Source of the DNA: an uncultured Clostridia bacterium
Lineage (GTDB): Bacteria; Bacillota; Clostridia; TANB77; CAG-508
Assembly (NCBI GenBank): GCA_947631785.1
Contig: CANRMR010000001.1
Location: forward strand, 9,022-73,021
Direction of reading: 5' to 3'
Length of the DNA: 64,000 nucleotides
Shown piece by piece: positions 29,531 to 41,637 of the stretch (positions are counted from its first letter, which is position 1; each line of letters begins with the position of its first letter). Position numbers and translations under genes: made by a program. A model generated the notes under the pieces. The model had not been told where the DNA came from. It searched no databases and worked only from the letters and a program-made list of their open reading frames with translations.

Positions 29531-32500
29531 ATGGACGAATTAGAATGTTTTGACAAATTAAAGATTGGAATTGCATCAGATGAAAAAATAAGAGAATGGT
29601 CAAAAGGAGAAGTTAAAAAACCAGAAACTATTAATTATAGAACATTAAAGCCAGAAAAAGACGGATTATTCTGTGAAAAAATCTTTGGTCCTACTAAAGA
29701 TTGGGAATGTCATTGTGGAAAATATAAAAGAGTTCGTTATAAAGGAATTGTTTGCGATCGTTGTGGAGTTGAAGTTACTAAATCTAAAGTAAGAAGAGAA
29801 AGGATGGGACACATTGAACTTGCAGCACCGGTTGCACATATTTGGTATTTTAAAGGAATACCAAGTAGAATAGCCCTAATGCTAGATATTTCACCAAGAA
29901 GTTTAGAAAGAGTTATATACTTTGCTTCTTACATTGTTACAGATAAAGGAACATCTGGATTAATTAAAACACAAATTTTAACAGAAAAAGAATATGTAGA
30001 AGCAGAAGAAAAATATGGAAAAGGTTCTTTTAAAGCTGAAATGGGTGCAGAGGCAATAGAAAAATTACTAAGAGAAATTGACTTAGAAAAATTATCTGCT
30101 AAATTAAAAAAGGAATTAGAAAAAGCAAGTGAACAAAAAAAGGCTAAATTAATAAAAAGATTAGATACAGTAGAATCATTTAGAATTTCTGGAAACAGAC
30201 CAGAATGGATGATAATGAATGTTGTACCTGTTATTCCACCAGAATTAAGACCAATGGTACAATTAGATGGTGGAAGATTTGCAACATCAGATTTAAATGA
30301 CTTATATCGTAGAGTTATAAATAGAAATAATCGTTTAAAAAGACTATTAGAACTTGGCGCACCAGAAATTATTGTAAGAAATGAAAAAAGAATGCTTCAA
30401 GAATCTGTAGATGCATTGATTGATAATGGTAGACGTGGAAGACCAGTAACAGGTGCTGGAAACAGACCTTTAAAATCATTATCAGACATGCTTAAAGGAA
30501 AACAAGGTAGATTTAGACAAAACCTTTTAGGAAAAAGAGTTGACTACTCTGGTCGTTCAGTTATTGTAGTTGGTCCAGAACTTAAAATCTATCAATGTGG
30601 TCTTCCAAAAGAAATGGCAGTAGAATTGTTTAAACCATTTGTAATGAGAGAATTAGTAGGTAGAGGAATAGCTCATAATATTAAAAATGCAAAAAGAATG
30701 GTAGAAAAACTAAGACCAGAAGTATGGGATATTCTAGAAGAAGTAATAAAAGATCATCCTGTAATGTTAAACCGTGCTCCAACACTTCATAGATTAGGTA
30801 TTCAAGCATTTGAGCCAATACTTGTAGAAGGTAGAGCAATTAAATTGCATCCACTTGTTTGTACAGCATTTAATGCAGACTTTGATGGAGACCAAATGGC
30901 AGTGCATGTTCCATTATCTCCAGAAGCACAAGCAGAAGCAAGATATTTAATGTTATCTGTAAATAACTTACTTAAACCACAAGATGGTAAACCAGTTACA
31001 GTTCCAACACAAGATATGATTTTAGGAAGTTATTATTTAACAATGCAAGTAGACGGTGAACAAGGAGAAGGTATGTACTTTAAAGATGAAGAAGAAGCTT
31101 TAATGGCATATCAAAATGGAGAAGTAGGATTACATGCAAAAGTATTTATTAGAATTCATAAGGAAATTGACGGAGAAATAAAATGGAAAAAAGTTGAAAC
31201 AACAGTTGGAAGATTAATTTATAATGAAGGTATTCCACAAGATATTGGATTTGTAGATAGAAGCAACCCAGAAAATGCATTTGAGCTAGAAATTAACTTC
31301 CCAGTAATAAAAAAGAATTTAGGAAAAATAGTAGAAAAATGTATAAACAAACATGGATTAAGTCGTACAGCAGAGCTTTTAGACTATATTAAAGCAACAG
31401 GATTTAAATATTCTACAAAAGGTGCAATTACAGTTAGTGTGGCAGACGTAACAGTTCCAGCACAAAAACAAGACATACTTAGTACTGCTGATGAAAAAGT
31501 AGATGAAATTACAAAACAATATAGAAGAGGTTTAATTACAGAAGATGAAAGATATAATTCTATAATTAAAATATGGGAAAAGGCAACAGATGATGTAACA
31601 GAAGCTATGAACGACAATTTTGATGAATTAAACCCAATTTATATGATGGCGCAATCCGGAGCAAGAGGTAACATGAACCAATTAAGACAAATTGCTGGTA
31701 TGCGTGGACTTATGGCAAACACATCTGGTAAAGCAGTAGAAATTCCAATTAAATCAAGCTTTAGAGAGGGATTAGATGCATTAGAGTACTTTATTTCTTC
31801 ACATGGTGGTAGAAAAGGACTTGCAGATACAGCTTTAAGAACAGCCGATTCAGGATACCTAACAAGAAGATTAGTAGATGTTAGTCAAGATATAATAGTA
31901 AGAGAACATGATTGTGGAACACATGATGGAATTGTAGTAGAAGATATTAAAGATGGAAATCAAGTTATTGAAAAATTACAAGAAAGATTAGAAGGAAGAT
32001 ATCCATTAGAAAAAATAATTCATCCAGAAACTAAAGAAGTATTAGCAGATGAAAACACTATGATTGATACAGACTTAGCAGAAAAGATAGTTGCAGCAGG
32101 AATTACAAAAGTAAAAGTACGTTCTGCATTAGGATGTCGTTCAAAACATGGTGTATGTAGTAAATGTTATGGTATGGGACTTGCAACCCATGAAGAAGTA
32201 AATATAGGAGAAGCAGTTGGAATTATTGCTGCACAATCAATCGGTGAGCCTGGTACACAGCTTACAATGAGAACTTTCCACCAAGGAGGAGTAGCAGGAG
32301 GAGATATTACACAAGGTCTTCCTAGAGTTGAAGAGTTATTTGAAGCAAGAAAACCAAAAGGAATTGCTATTATTTCTCATATTGCTGGAAAAGTAAAAAT
32401 TGTAGAAGATAAGAAGAAAAAAGAAGTTATTGTTACTTCAAAAGAAGATTCAAAAAGCTATACAATACCATTTGGTTCAAAACTAAAAGTAAAAGAAGGA

Positions 32501-33061
32501 GATCAGATTGAAGCAGGAGCTCCAATTACAGAAGGTTCAATTAACCCTAATGAAATATTAGAAATAAATGGACCAGAAGGAGTATATAACTATTTAATAC
32601 AAGAAGTTCAAAAAGTTTATAGAAACCAAGGTGTTGATATTAACGACAAACACATTGAAGTAATAGGTAGACAAATGCTTAAAAAAGTAAGAGTAGAAGA
32701 TAATGGTGATACAGATTTATTTACAGGTTCTTTAATTGATATGTATGAATTTGAAGACAGAAACAAAGAGGCAGAAGAAAAAGGTTTAAGACCTGCAACA
32801 GGTACAAGAGTTTTACTTGGAATTACAAAAGCATCTCTTGCAACTGAAAGCTTCCTATCTGCTGCATCTTTCCAAGAAACAACAAGAGTTTTAACTGAAG
32901 CTGCAATAAAAGGAAAAGAAGACTTATTAATTGGTCTTAAAGAAAATGTTATAATTGGTAAATTAATACCAGCGGGTACAGGAATGAATATATACAAAAA
33001 TATTCATATTAATACAGAGGATAATCAAGAAACAGAAGAACCCGTAGTAACTGCAAAATAA
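29531..33061 (+). CDS. rpoC: DNA-directed RNA polymerase beta' subunit
   Basis: 1176 aa. Zn-binding [20 protein letters not shown] and the NADFDGD catalytic motif. Confidence 0.95.
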   Translation: MDELECFDKLKIGIASDEKIREWSKGEVKKPETINYRTLKPEKDGLFCEKIFGPTKDWECHCGKYKRVRYKGIVCDRCGVEVTKSKVRRERMGHIELAAPVAHIWYFKGIPSRIALMLDISPRSLERVIYFASYIVTDKGTSGLIKTQILTEKEYVEAEEKYGKGSFKAEMGAEAIEKLLREIDLEKLSAKLKKELEKASEQKKAKLIKRLDTVESFRISGNRPEWMIMNVVPVIPPELRPMVQLDGGRFATSDLNDLYRRVINRNNRLKRLLELGAPEIIVRNEKRMLQESVDALIDNGRRGRPVTGAGNRPLKSLSDMLKGKQGRFRQNLLGKRVDYSGRSVIVVGPELKIYQCGLPKEMAVELFKPFVMRELVGRGIAHNIKNAKRMVEKLRPEVWDILEEVIKDHPVMLNRAPTLHRLGIQAFEPILVEGRAIKLHPLVCTAFNADFDGDQMAVHVPLSPEAQAEARYLMLSVNNLLKPQDGKPVTVPTQDMILGSYYLTMQVDGEQGEGMYFKDEEEALMAYQNGEVGLHAKVFIRIHKEIDGEIKWKKVETTVGRLIYNEGIPQDIGFVDRSNPENAFELEINFPVIKKNLGKIVEKCINKHGLSRTAELLDYIKATGFKYSTKGAITVSVADVTVPAQKQDILSTADEKVDEITKQYRRGLITEDERYNSIIKIWEKATDDVTEAMNDNFDELNPIYMMAQSGARGNMNQLRQIAGMRGLMANTSGKAVEIPIKSSFREGLDALEYFISSHGGRKGLADTALRTADSGYLTRRLVDVSQDIIVREHDCGTHDGIVVEDIKDGNQVIEKLQERLEGRYPLEKIIHPETKEVLADENTMIDTDLAEKIVAAGITKVKVRSALGCRSKHGVCSKCYGMGLATHEEVNIGEAVGIIAAQSIGEPGTQLTMRTFHQGGVAGGDITQGLPRVEELFEARKPKGIAIISHIAGKVKIVEDKKKKEVIVTSKEDSKSYTIPFGSKLKVKEGDQIEAGAPITEGSINPNEILEINGPEGVYNYLIQEVQKVYRNQGVDINDKHIEVIGRQMLKKVRVEDNGDTDLFTGSLIDMYEFEDRNKEAEEKGLRPATGTRVLLGITKASLATESFLSAASFQETTRVLTEAAIKGKEDLLIGLKENVIIGKLIPAGTGMNIYKNIHINTEDNQETEEPVVTAK

Positions 33062-33239
33062 AAGTTAATAATTAGGCAGGTTTATAATCCTGCCTAAAAA
33101 ATATAAAAATAAAGGAATAAGAAGAATATAAAAGAAAACAAAAAATAAATAAAGATATTTTAAAAAAAATGAAATATTTTATGATTGCAAAAAAAGTTTT
33201 TTTTCTATAAAATAATAGCAGAAATTAAAGGAGTAAAAA

Positions 33240-34220
33240 ATGAAAAAAATATTGATATACTTGAGATCATCTGTAAAGCTTATATCCCTAGTTGTTATTT
33301 CATTAATACTAATAGCATCTGCTGTAATATTTATATACAAACCAATATATAGTGTAACAATTGACGGAGAATTTGTAGGATATACAGAAAATAAGGGAGA
33401 TTTACAAACAAGAATCAATGACTATATGAAAATAGGTGAAGGAGAAAATGTAGCTTTTGTACAAATAGATGAACTTCCAGAATATAAAATGTGTCTTCTT
33501 AAAAAAGATATTGTAACAAACGATGATGAAATATTTGATAAAGTAAAAAATAGTGGAGTTACTTATTACAAATATTATGCAATTGTAGAAAAAGAAGAAG
33601 AAAAGCTATATGTATCCAAATTTGATGAAGCAGAAAGTATTATTAATCAACTAAAAGAAAAAGATAGTAATAACAAAGACGACATAAATATAATAGAAAA
33701 ATATGAAACATCATGTGCAGATTTTACTTCAGTAGAAGATGCAGTAAATAAGTTATATGTTAAAAAGGTAGTTGCAAAACCTAAAATAACATCAGTTGCC
33801 AGAGTTTCAAGTTCAACAGCAAACACATCAAGTACAGTAGTACCTTTAGGAATTACTTTATCTAAACCAGTATCTGGAACTATATCTTCTAGATATGGTA
33901 GAAGATGGGGAACAATGCATAAGGGGTTAGATATTGCAGCACCATATGGAACCCCTGTAAAGGCAGCAGCCGCAGGAACAGTAACACAAGCTGGATGGAA
34001 TAGTGGAGGATATGGATATTTAGTTGTTATTTCTCATGGAAATGGTGTAGAAACATATTATGGACATTGTAGTTCTATTGCTACAACAAAAGGTGCTAAA
34101 GTATCAGCAGGTCAGGTAATATCATATGTAGGTTCAACAGGTGATTCAACAGGAAACCATCTACATTTTGAAATAAGAAAAAATGGGGTAACACAAAACC
34201 CTCAAAATTATTTATATTAA
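33240..34220 (+). CDS. M23-family (LytM) metallopeptidase with an N-terminal membrane anchor
   Basis: C-terminal HKGLDIAAPYGTPVKAAAAG...GNHLHFEI is the M23 signature. Confidence 0.8.
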   Translation: MKKILIYLRSSVKLISLVVISLILIASAVIFIYKPIYSVTIDGEFVGYTENKGDLQTRINDYMKIGEGENVAFVQIDELPEYKMCLLKKDIVTNDDEIFDKVKNSGVTYYKYYAIVEKEEEKLYVSKFDEAESIINQLKEKDSNNKDDINIIEKYETSCADFTSVEDAVNKLYVKKVVAKPKITSVARVSSSTANTSSTVVPLGITLSKPVSGTISSRYGRRWGTMHKGLDIAAPYGTPVKAAAAGTVTQAGWNSGGYGYLVVISHGNGVETYYGHCSSIATTKGAKVSAGQVISYVGSTGDSTGNHLHFEIRKNGVTQNPQNYLY

Positions 34221-34222
34221 AA

Positions 34223-34252
34223 AAAAGAAGGTAATTAAATTACCTTCTTTTT
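34223..34252 (+). terminator. Rho-independent terminator
   Basis: aagaaggtaatt-aa-attaccttctt followed by TTT. Confidence 0.75.
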
Positions 34253-34330
34253 CACATGATAACATATAATATCTTGACAAACATTTTAATTCGTAATATA
34301 ATAAAGAAGTTCCAAAAGTAAATAGAAAAT

Positions 34331-34406
34331 GGGCCATTAGCTCAGTTGGTAGAGCAGCAGACTCTTAATCTGACGGTCGGAGGTTCGATCCCTCTATGGC
34401 TCACCA
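34331..34406 (+). tRNA. tRNA-Lys (anticodon CTT)
   Basis: 76-nt cloverleaf. Acceptor GGGCCAT/ATGGCTC, D-arm GCTCAGTTGGTAGAGC, anticodon loop CUCUUAA with U33 and A37, T-arm GGAGGTTCGATCCCTCT. Near-identical in architecture to Bacillus tRNA-Lys. Confidence 0.8.
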
Positions 34407-34657
34407 AAGCAATCTTATACGAACCCAGTATATGCTAAAGCAAACAAAAATAACCCCTATCCGCCTAAAATCCATAATTTAGTTATATTAGCTAAAAGAT
34501 GTAATATTAAGTTAGATGACAAAAAGACTACAATATTAATGACATGTAATTCATTTAATATAAGTGCGAGATATGAAGACTATAAAAATGAATTCTATGA
34601 AAAGTGCACTGAAGAATATACTTATGAGCAAATAAAAAATATTGAGGAGGTTAGAGC

Positions 34658-34975
34658 ATGGCTAAAGGAAATGTTGATATAGAAATTCTTGAAAATGTAG
34701 AAGAATATATTAAAGAAATATCAAAACATTATAGCATTAAAGCAGTATATTTATTTGGATCTTATGCTAAAGGAACAAATACTGAAGATAGTGATATAGA
34801 TGTAGCAATTGTTATTAATAGTGATAATAATGTTTTTGATTTAATGGTTGAACTTATGATGTTAACACAAAATATAGATTTAAGAATAGAACCACATCCT
34901 ATAAAAGTAGAAGACTTTGAAGAAGGAAATCCTTTTGTTCAAGAAATAATTGATACTGGAATAAAAGTAGCATAA
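34658..34975 (+). CDS. Minimal nucleotidyltransferase (MNT, Pol-beta superfamily; type VII TA-antitoxin-like)
   Basis: LFGSYAKGTNTEDSDIDVAIV is the GS...DxD NTase motif. No HEPN partner was detected. Confidence 0.65.
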   Translation: MAKGNVDIEILENVEEYIKEISKHYSIKAVYLFGSYAKGTNTEDSDIDVAIVINSDNNVFDLMVELMMLTQNIDLRIEPHPIKVEDFEEGNPFVQEIIDTGIKVA

Positions 34976-35003
34976 TAAGTAATAATTAAATATGATGGAG
35001 AAC

Positions 35004-35039
35004 CAAAAGAGGACTCACATTTTCATGTGAGTCCTCTTT
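35004..35039. terminator. Strong perfect hairpin that may terminate transcripts from either strand
   Basis: aaaagaggactcacat-tttc-atgtgagtcctctttt (16-bp perfect stem). Confidence 0.7.
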
Positions 35040-35051
35040 TGGTATGTTGAC

Positions 35052-35230
35052 TTAATAGAAAAAGCCCCTTGGTAAGCCCATCATCGCATCAACCGCAGCA
35101 GCTATTTTACGTCCATCAATTTCATCGAATCTTCTATCTTCGTTGTCCGTTTCTTCATACTTCTCAACCTGTTTAAGTTCTTCTTCGGACAATTCAATGT
35201 CTCCAACAGTAAACAGATAGACAGGTTTTC
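35052..35230 (-). pseudogene. GC-rich (~40%) minus-strand small ORF or gene remnant with no ATG start. A TTG at 35192 would give 46 aa
   Basis: Open frame ...KPVYLFTVGDIELSEEELKQVEKYEETDNEDRRFDEIDGRKIAAAVDAMMGLPRGFFY*. Its GC content is clearly above the local background. Adjacent to tRNA-Lys and MNT. Confidence 0.3.
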
Positions 35231-35441
35231 CTTTATAAATATTTCTATTTGTAAATAATCTTATAAATAGAAGATAGCATAAAAAATATACTTAGCTTTA
35301 TTAATTAATTTGCTATTAATAAATTTTTATTAAAACTCTAGGCTACTATTGAAATAAATAATTTTGTATGCTATATTACTTGTATCAAGGCAAATGTATA
35401 GCGATATAAATAAATCTAATAAAAAAGAGAGGATTAAGTAA

Positions 35442-37169
35442 GTGAAAAAAAGTATTTGCTATTTTATTATAATAGTTATATGTATTAGTATATTTATATT
35501 TATTATGAACTATAATAAAGACATAAATATTTTAGATTATAAAATTTCTTTAATAGAACAAAAATATTTTGAAACAATTGATATGAATGAAATAAAAAAT
35601 AATGAAGAAAATGTTGTTGTTATTTCTGTTGGTAATAATAAACAAAAAGCTATAGTTGAAGGAAAATATGGTAAAAATTTTAAAGAAGTATATAAAAATG
35701 CCAAAAATAGCATAAAAAAACAAATTAAAGAAAAAAATTATCCTATTTATAATGTGAAAATAGATTTAGCACAAACAATTGAAGAATTTTCCATAGAACA
35801 ATTTAAAGAAGAAATAGAGAAAATAAATGAAAAATATTCATATAAAAGAGATATAATACTTGACTATGAAAACGCAGAAGATATAATATTAATAGAAGCT
35901 GAATTAAATTCTAACAATATTATAAATTATATTGAAAACACAATAGACTTAGAAAATTTAAATTCATATCTAGAATCATCTGGAAAAAGTAAAGTAAACA
36001 CTTTACCAGAAAAAATAAAAATATTTAAGTCTATAAGTTATTTTTGTGATGAAAATGACAACATATATGAGTTATATAGTGATGACCAAAATACAAAAAG
36101 AAGAAAAATAGATATAAACGAAACAGATAATATAGAAGAAATTATAGATAATTCATGTGAATATTTAACAAATATGCTACAAGACAATGGAAAATTTATT
36201 TATGGTTATTCAGCCCTTAAAAACAATACATTAGATAGCTACAATATAGTAAGACATGCGGGGGCAATTTGGGCACTGTCAGCTAAATGTAAAACAAACG
36301 AAAAAAATTCACAAAAAATAAGTTTAGCCATTGATTATTTAATAAAAGATAATTCAAAAAAATATAATGATATCACATTTATAAAATCTTCAACAAATGA
36401 ATCATCACTAGGAGCAAACGGTTTAGCACTTGTAGGAATATGTGAATATATAGAAAGATTTAAAGATACTAAATATATTGAAGAAGCAAAGAAAATAGGA
36501 AATGCTATTATTAAAATGCAACAAGAAGATGGTATGCTAATTCATGAGATTAATGTAGATGATTTTAATACAACAAGTAAATTTATAACCGAATATTATG
36601 ATAATGAAGCAACTTTAGCATTGTGCAAATTATATGGAATAACAAAAGATAGTAAATATTTAGAGGCAGCTGAAAAATCATTACATTATTTTATACAAAA
36701 TGATTATTATGAACTAGGAAGCCATTGGTTTTCTTATGCATTAAATGAAGTTACAAAATATGTAGATAAAGAGGAATATTACATAGCTGGACTAAAAAAT
36801 ATAGAAACCAAATTAGAAGAAATTGCAAGTAAAAAAACTACATCTCATACAGATTTTGAAATGTTATTACAAGGATTTGAATTATTTGATAGAATTTTAT
36901 CAAAAAGAATAAAAATAGAAGAATTAAATAATTTTCCTGCAAAAAAATTTTTAACAGTAATACAAGACAAAGCAAACCTTCAACTTAACTCATATTTATA
37001 TCCAGAAATAGCAATGTATTTACAAATACCAGAAAAATACGAAAATACATTTTATATAAGAAGTGATAAGTATAGAATAAGAATAGATGATATACAACAT
37101 TCTATGTTTGGATATATGCGATATCAAGAAAATAAAGATAAAATTGAAAACTATTTAAAAATTATGTAG
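35442..37169 (+). CDS. Hypothetical membrane-anchored protein (575 aa), possibly an alpha/alpha-barrel-like extracytoplasmic domain
   Basis: GTG start with RBS agagagg and an N-terminal TM helix. No firm motif; the helical repeats HAGAIWALSA / EATLALCKLY / GSHWFSYALNE are only weakly suggestive. Confidence 0.4.
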   Translation: MKKSICYFIIIVICISIFIFIMNYNKDINILDYKISLIEQKYFETIDMNEIKNNEENVVVISVGNNKQKAIVEGKYGKNFKEVYKNAKNSIKKQIKEKNYPIYNVKIDLAQTIEEFSIEQFKEEIEKINEKYSYKRDIILDYENAEDIILIEAELNSNNIINYIENTIDLENLNSYLESSGKSKVNTLPEKIKIFKSISYFCDENDNIYELYSDDQNTKRRKIDINETDNIEEIIDNSCEYLTNMLQDNGKFIYGYSALKNNTLDSYNIVRHAGAIWALSAKCKTNEKNSQKISLAIDYLIKDNSKKYNDITFIKSSTNESSLGANGLALVGICEYIERFKDTKYIEEAKKIGNAIIKMQQEDGMLIHEINVDDFNTTSKFITEYYDNEATLALCKLYGITKDSKYLEAAEKSLHYFIQNDYYELGSHWFSYALNEVTKYVDKEEYYIAGLKNIETKLEEIASKKTTSHTDFEMLLQGFELFDRILSKRIKIEELNNFPAKKFLTVIQDKANLQLNSYLYPEIAMYLQIPEKYENTFYIRSDKYRIRIDDIQHSMFGYMRYQENKDKIENYLKIM

Positions 37170-37445
37170 CAAGTCATAAAAAACGTTTGATTTGATGGTG
37201 ATTAAAAAAATAGTAAGTTTATAAAATATAAACTTACTAAAATAATTCATATAAAAATAACCCGACAAATAAAAAAAATATATTGAAAATTTAGACAAAT
37301 TATAATACAATAGGAACAATAAAAAAGGATAAAAGAAAAATATATAGCAAAAAAAGTAAAAAAGTTTTTTGTAATAGGTATCGAAAAACGACAAATATTT
37401 ACCAAAGAATATATTAAAATAAAAGGCATAATAAACTTAATTGAG

Positions 37446-39917
37446 GTGGTAAAAGTGTTTCAAAATATATCTGGACAAGTAGATACTGATGATAAAAAAG
37501 AAGAAAATTATATAAAAGACAAATTAGAATATATTATACGAAAATTATTTACAAAACAAAATATAATACTGTATATATTAACATTTATGATATCAAAAGT
37601 AACATTAGGACAAACAATGGCACCATTTGCACTTGCAATTTTTGCAGCATGTTGTAGTAATAAAATTCCAGCAGGTATAGTTTATATTATGACATTACTA
37701 CGGAACAGGAATAGGTTTTGGAAGTAGCGGGTTAATAAACTATATACTTACATCCCTTATTTTAATAGTAAGCTTTCTAATTGGAAGACCAAAATATAAG
37801 CAAATAGAAGAGCCAAGGTTAAAATTAGGAAAAAACGTGTTCTTTTCAAGTTTAATTGTACAAATTATTTCAATGTTTTTTAAAGAATGGATGATATATG
37901 ACGTAATACAAAGTATTGCAATTTCCCTATGTAGTTTTATATTTTATAAAATATTTGCAAACAGTATAATTGTAATTAAAGAATATCAAGTAAAAACAGC
38001 TTTTTCAATAGAAGAAGTAGTTGGGGCAAGTATGCTTTTTGCAATTGCCACATCTGCATTTAAAGGTATAAATATATTTGGACTACATCTTCAAAATATA
38101 TTAAGTATACTAATAGTGCTTATTTTAGGGTGGAAAAATGGGATACTGCTTGGGACAACCAGTGGTGTAACAATAGGTGCAGTAATAGGAATTATTAACA
38201 TGGAAGGACCAGTTATAATTGCTGCATATGCAATTTCTGGAATGTTAGCAGGTATTTTTAGTAAACTTGGAAAATTACGGAGTAATTATTGGATTTATTG
38301 CTGGAACAGTACTTTTAACATATGTTACAAATGGAAATACAATAGAAATTATATATTTAAAAGAGATTTTAGTTGCATCTATTGCTTTATTGTTAGTTCC
38401 AAATAACGTAGAAATTAACATAGAAGAATTTTTCTCAAAAGAAAAATGTTTACCTGTAGCTCCAAAATACACTTTAGAAGATAGTACAAATGCTATACAC
38501 AAATTAAATTATGTATCTGATGCAATTAAAGAAATTTCAGATACATATAAGGAAGCTGCAGCATCTGTTGTAACACAAGAAGAAATAATAAGCCAGAATA
38601 AAACGCTTTTTATAGATGAACTGCAAAATGAGCTAGAAAGTATAGAAGAAAACTTTTTATATGAAGAAATTGCAGAAGAAAATGATGCAATTCTTGATCC
38701 AATATTTGATTTACTAAATAAAAAAGAGAAAATAGAAGAAAATGATTTAGTAGACATATTTGAAGAAAATCAAAGTTATATAGTAGGAATGGAAGATAAT
38801 AATCAAATTCAAACAGAACTAAAAGAAATGGTAGATGTAATAAATAATTCTTATAAAATTAGTAAAATAAACTTTTTATGGACAAAAAAAGTAGAAGAAA
38901 ATAAAAAAACAATATCCAACCAGTTAGATGGTGTATCAAAGGTAATTTCAAACATTGCAGAAGAAATAAAGCCAAATTCACAGGAAAATTTCGAAGAAGA
39001 AAAAGAAAAGATAAAAACAATATGTAAGCAAAAAAAGATAGATATCTTATCTGTAGATATAAAACAAGAAAAAAACAAACGATATATTGCAAAAGTATAT
39101 ATAAATGCATGCAAACAAGATGATGACATTACATGCCAAATTTCTAAAATAGAAAAAATTTTGACACAAGTTCTAAAAGAACAAATGACTTTGCAAAAAG
39201 AAAACTGTGCAATGAAAAATCAAAAAGAAATATGTATGCAAACATATGTATCAAAAGATAAATATACTTTAAGCATTGGAATTGCAAAAAAAACAAAAGA
39301 TAAAATGTCAATTTCAGGTGATAGCCATATAAAAGCAAAACTAGAAGATGGAAAATATCTGCTTGCAATATCAGATGGAATGGGATCTCGGGCCAGAAGC
39401 AAGAAAAAGCAGTCAAATAGCAACAAAAATGGTAAAACGATTGTTAAAAACAGGCTTTGAAAAAGATACATCCATAGATTTAATTAATTCAACTGTATTT
39501 TTAAACACAGATGAAGACATGTATGCTACATTAGACATATCAATATTCGATTTATATTCAGGAAATATAGAGCTAATAAAAAATGGGGCATGTCCTACAT
39601 TTGTAAAAAGCAAAACAGGAGTACAAATGATAAAATGTAGCTCATTGCCAGCTGGAATTGTAGATAATATAGATGTGACAATACACGATATTGATATGCA
39701 AGAAGGAGATATTATTGTAATGTGTTCAGATGGTATTATAGAATCTTATGAAGAATGTGAACAAAAAGAAGAGTGGGTAAAAAATATATTAGAAGATTTG
39801 TATACAGACAATCCACAAAAAATAGCAGACATTATTTTAAAAGAAGCAATTGATAATAGTTACGGCATAGCAAAAGATGATATGACAATAATTGTAGGAA
39901 AAATAAAGAAAATATAA
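37446..39917 (+). CDS. spoIIE: Stage II sporulation protein E (PP2C phosphatase with a polytopic N-terminus). It needs three +1 shifts, at CGG 37701, 38278 and 39389
   Basis: Four consecutive ORF fragments in frames 0, 1, 2 and 0. The joins read MTLL|GTGIGFGSSG, GIFSKLGKL|GVIIGFIAGTV and LLAISDGMGS|GPEARKSSQIATKM (PP2C). The C-terminal PP2C domain has CSDGIIE. Each join carries an extra C immediately before GGA or GGG. Confidence 0.8.
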
Positions 39918-40035
39918 TATTACAAGGCGAGGATTAAAACTCGCCTTATAATATATATAAAACACAAATTATATAACAATATGTAAAAGAATATAAAATT
40001 AAAGTAAAAAAATAAAACTTTTTCTTCTATAGACA

Positions 40036-40064
40036 TTGACTTTTTATGTAAAAGAATATATGAT
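40036..40064 (+). promoter_or_regulatory. SigA-type promoter upstream of minD
   Basis: TTGACT, then a 17-nt spacer, then TATGAT. Confidence 0.5.
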
Positions 40065-40123
40065 ATAAATGTTAGAAAATAAAGTAAAGACAATATAAGC
40101 CGTAAGATTAAGGAGGAAAATTT

Positions 40124-40918
40124 ATGGGAGAAGTAATAGTAATTACATCTGGAAAAGGTGGTGTTGGAAAAACAACTACAACAGCAAATTTAGGTTCATC
40201 ATTAGCGCTAGAAGGGAAAAAAGTAGCATTAGTAGATACAGACATAGGACTTAGAAACCTAGATGTAGTAATGGGTCTAGAAAATAGAATAGTATATGAT
40301 ATAGTTGATGTTGTAGAAGAAAAATGTAAACTAAGACAAGCATTAATTAAAGACAAACGTTTTGATGAACTATTTTTATTACCAGCAGCACAAACTAGAG
40401 ATAAAAGCGCCGTAAATGAAACACAGATGAAAGAATTAACAAAGAAACTAAAAGAAGAATTTGATTATATATTAATTGATTGTCCAGCAGGAATAGAACA
40501 AGGCTTCAAAAATGCAATAGCAGGAGCTGATAGAGCAATTGTTGTAACAACAGCAGAAATTTCTGCAATTAGAGACGCAGATAGAATAATAGGACTACTA
40601 GAATCATCTGAAATAAAAAATCCAGAATTAGTTATAAACAGACTAAGACCAAATATGGTAAAAAAAGGGGAAATGATGGATGTAGAAGACATTGTAGACT
40701 TATTATCTATAGACTTAATAGGTGTTGTACCAGATGATGAATACATAATTACACAAACAAATAAAGGAGAACCAGTAGTACAAAATAAAAAAGCACCATC
40801 TGGAAAAGCATATAAAGAAATAGCAAAAAGAATATTAGGAGAAAACATAGAAATTACAGTACCAGGAAGAGAAAAAGGATTTCTAGCAAAATTAAAAAGA
40901 CTATTTATAAAAAATTAA
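40124..40918 (+). CDS. minD: Septum site-determining ATPase MinD
   Basis: VIVITSGKGGVGKTTTTANLG deviant Walker A, and a C-terminal amphipathic helix. Confidence 0.9.
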   Translation: MGEVIVITSGKGGVGKTTTTANLGSSLALEGKKVALVDTDIGLRNLDVVMGLENRIVYDIVDVVEEKCKLRQALIKDKRFDELFLLPAAQTRDKSAVNETQMKELTKKLKEEFDYILIDCPAGIEQGFKNAIAGADRAIVVTTAEISAIRDADRIIGLLESSEIKNPELVINRLRPNMVKKGEMMDVEDIVDLLSIDLIGVVPDDEYIITQTNKGEPVVQNKKAPSGKAYKEIAKRILGENIEITVPGREKGFLAKLKRLFIKN

Positions 40919-40978
40919 AATAAATTACTTTTTTAAAACAAAAAGTAGCTAAAAAAAATAAAAAATTGGGAGGTAAAT

Positions 40979-41557
40979 ATGTTTGAGAACATTATAAAAT
41001 TCTTCAAAAATATTGGAAAATCAAACAAAGAAGCTGGAAATTCTAAAGAAGCTGCAAAAGAAAGATTACATTTAGTATTAATGCAAGATAGAGCAAATGT
41101 ATCTGCTGATTTTCTAGATTTAATGAAGCAAGAAATAATAGAAGTTATAAAAAAATACATTGATGTAGACGAAAGTGCAATAGATGTTAGACTTGCAAAC
41201 AAAACAAATGAAGATGGAACAACAGGGTCACCAGCTTTATATGCAAATATACCAATTAGAAATATAAAAGAAGAAACAAGAAAAATGCAAAAAACAATTA
41301 ATCAAAATGAAGATAAAAACAGTGTAAATGAAAAAAATAATTCTTTTAAAGAACAAAATGAAAATAGTGTAAACTCTAATCAAAACGAAGAAAAAAAAGA
41401 AATTAAACAAGAAGAGAATTTTCAAAACAAGGTAAATGAAGTAGAAAAAAATACAGAAAATAACATGCAAGACGAAAAAAGTACTGATATAGATAATAAA
41501 GAAATAGAGCAAAAACAGCCTAATTTAGAAACTGTAGAAAAAAATTCATCTATTTAG
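40979..41557 (+). CDS. minE: MinE topological specificity factor with a ~100-aa low-complexity (N/E/K-rich) C-terminal extension
   Basis: N-terminal MFENIIKFFKNIGKSNKE...KERLHLVLMQDR is MinE-like; the remainder is compositionally biased. Confidence 0.65.
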   Translation: MFENIIKFFKNIGKSNKEAGNSKEAAKERLHLVLMQDRANVSADFLDLMKQEIIEVIKKYIDVDESAIDVRLANKTNEDGTTGSPALYANIPIRNIKEETRKMQKTINQNEDKNSVNEKNNSFKEQNENSVNSNQNEEKKEIKQEENFQNKVNEVEKNTENNMQDEKSTDIDNKEIEQKQPNLETVEKNSSI

Positions 41558-41637
41558 TAAAAACAAATAAAAAAGCGGGTATATAAAAATAAAAGAAACG
41601 GACAATATACCCGCTTATAAAAAAGAAAGGAAATCCA

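Noticed and set aside
34331-34406. Alternative cloverleaf parse giving anticodon UUA (an ochre suppressor tRNA)
   Set aside because: That parse puts C at position 33 and needs two nucleotides at position 26. The standard parse gives U33, A37 and anticodon CUU (Lys), with only a 27:43 G.A mismatch
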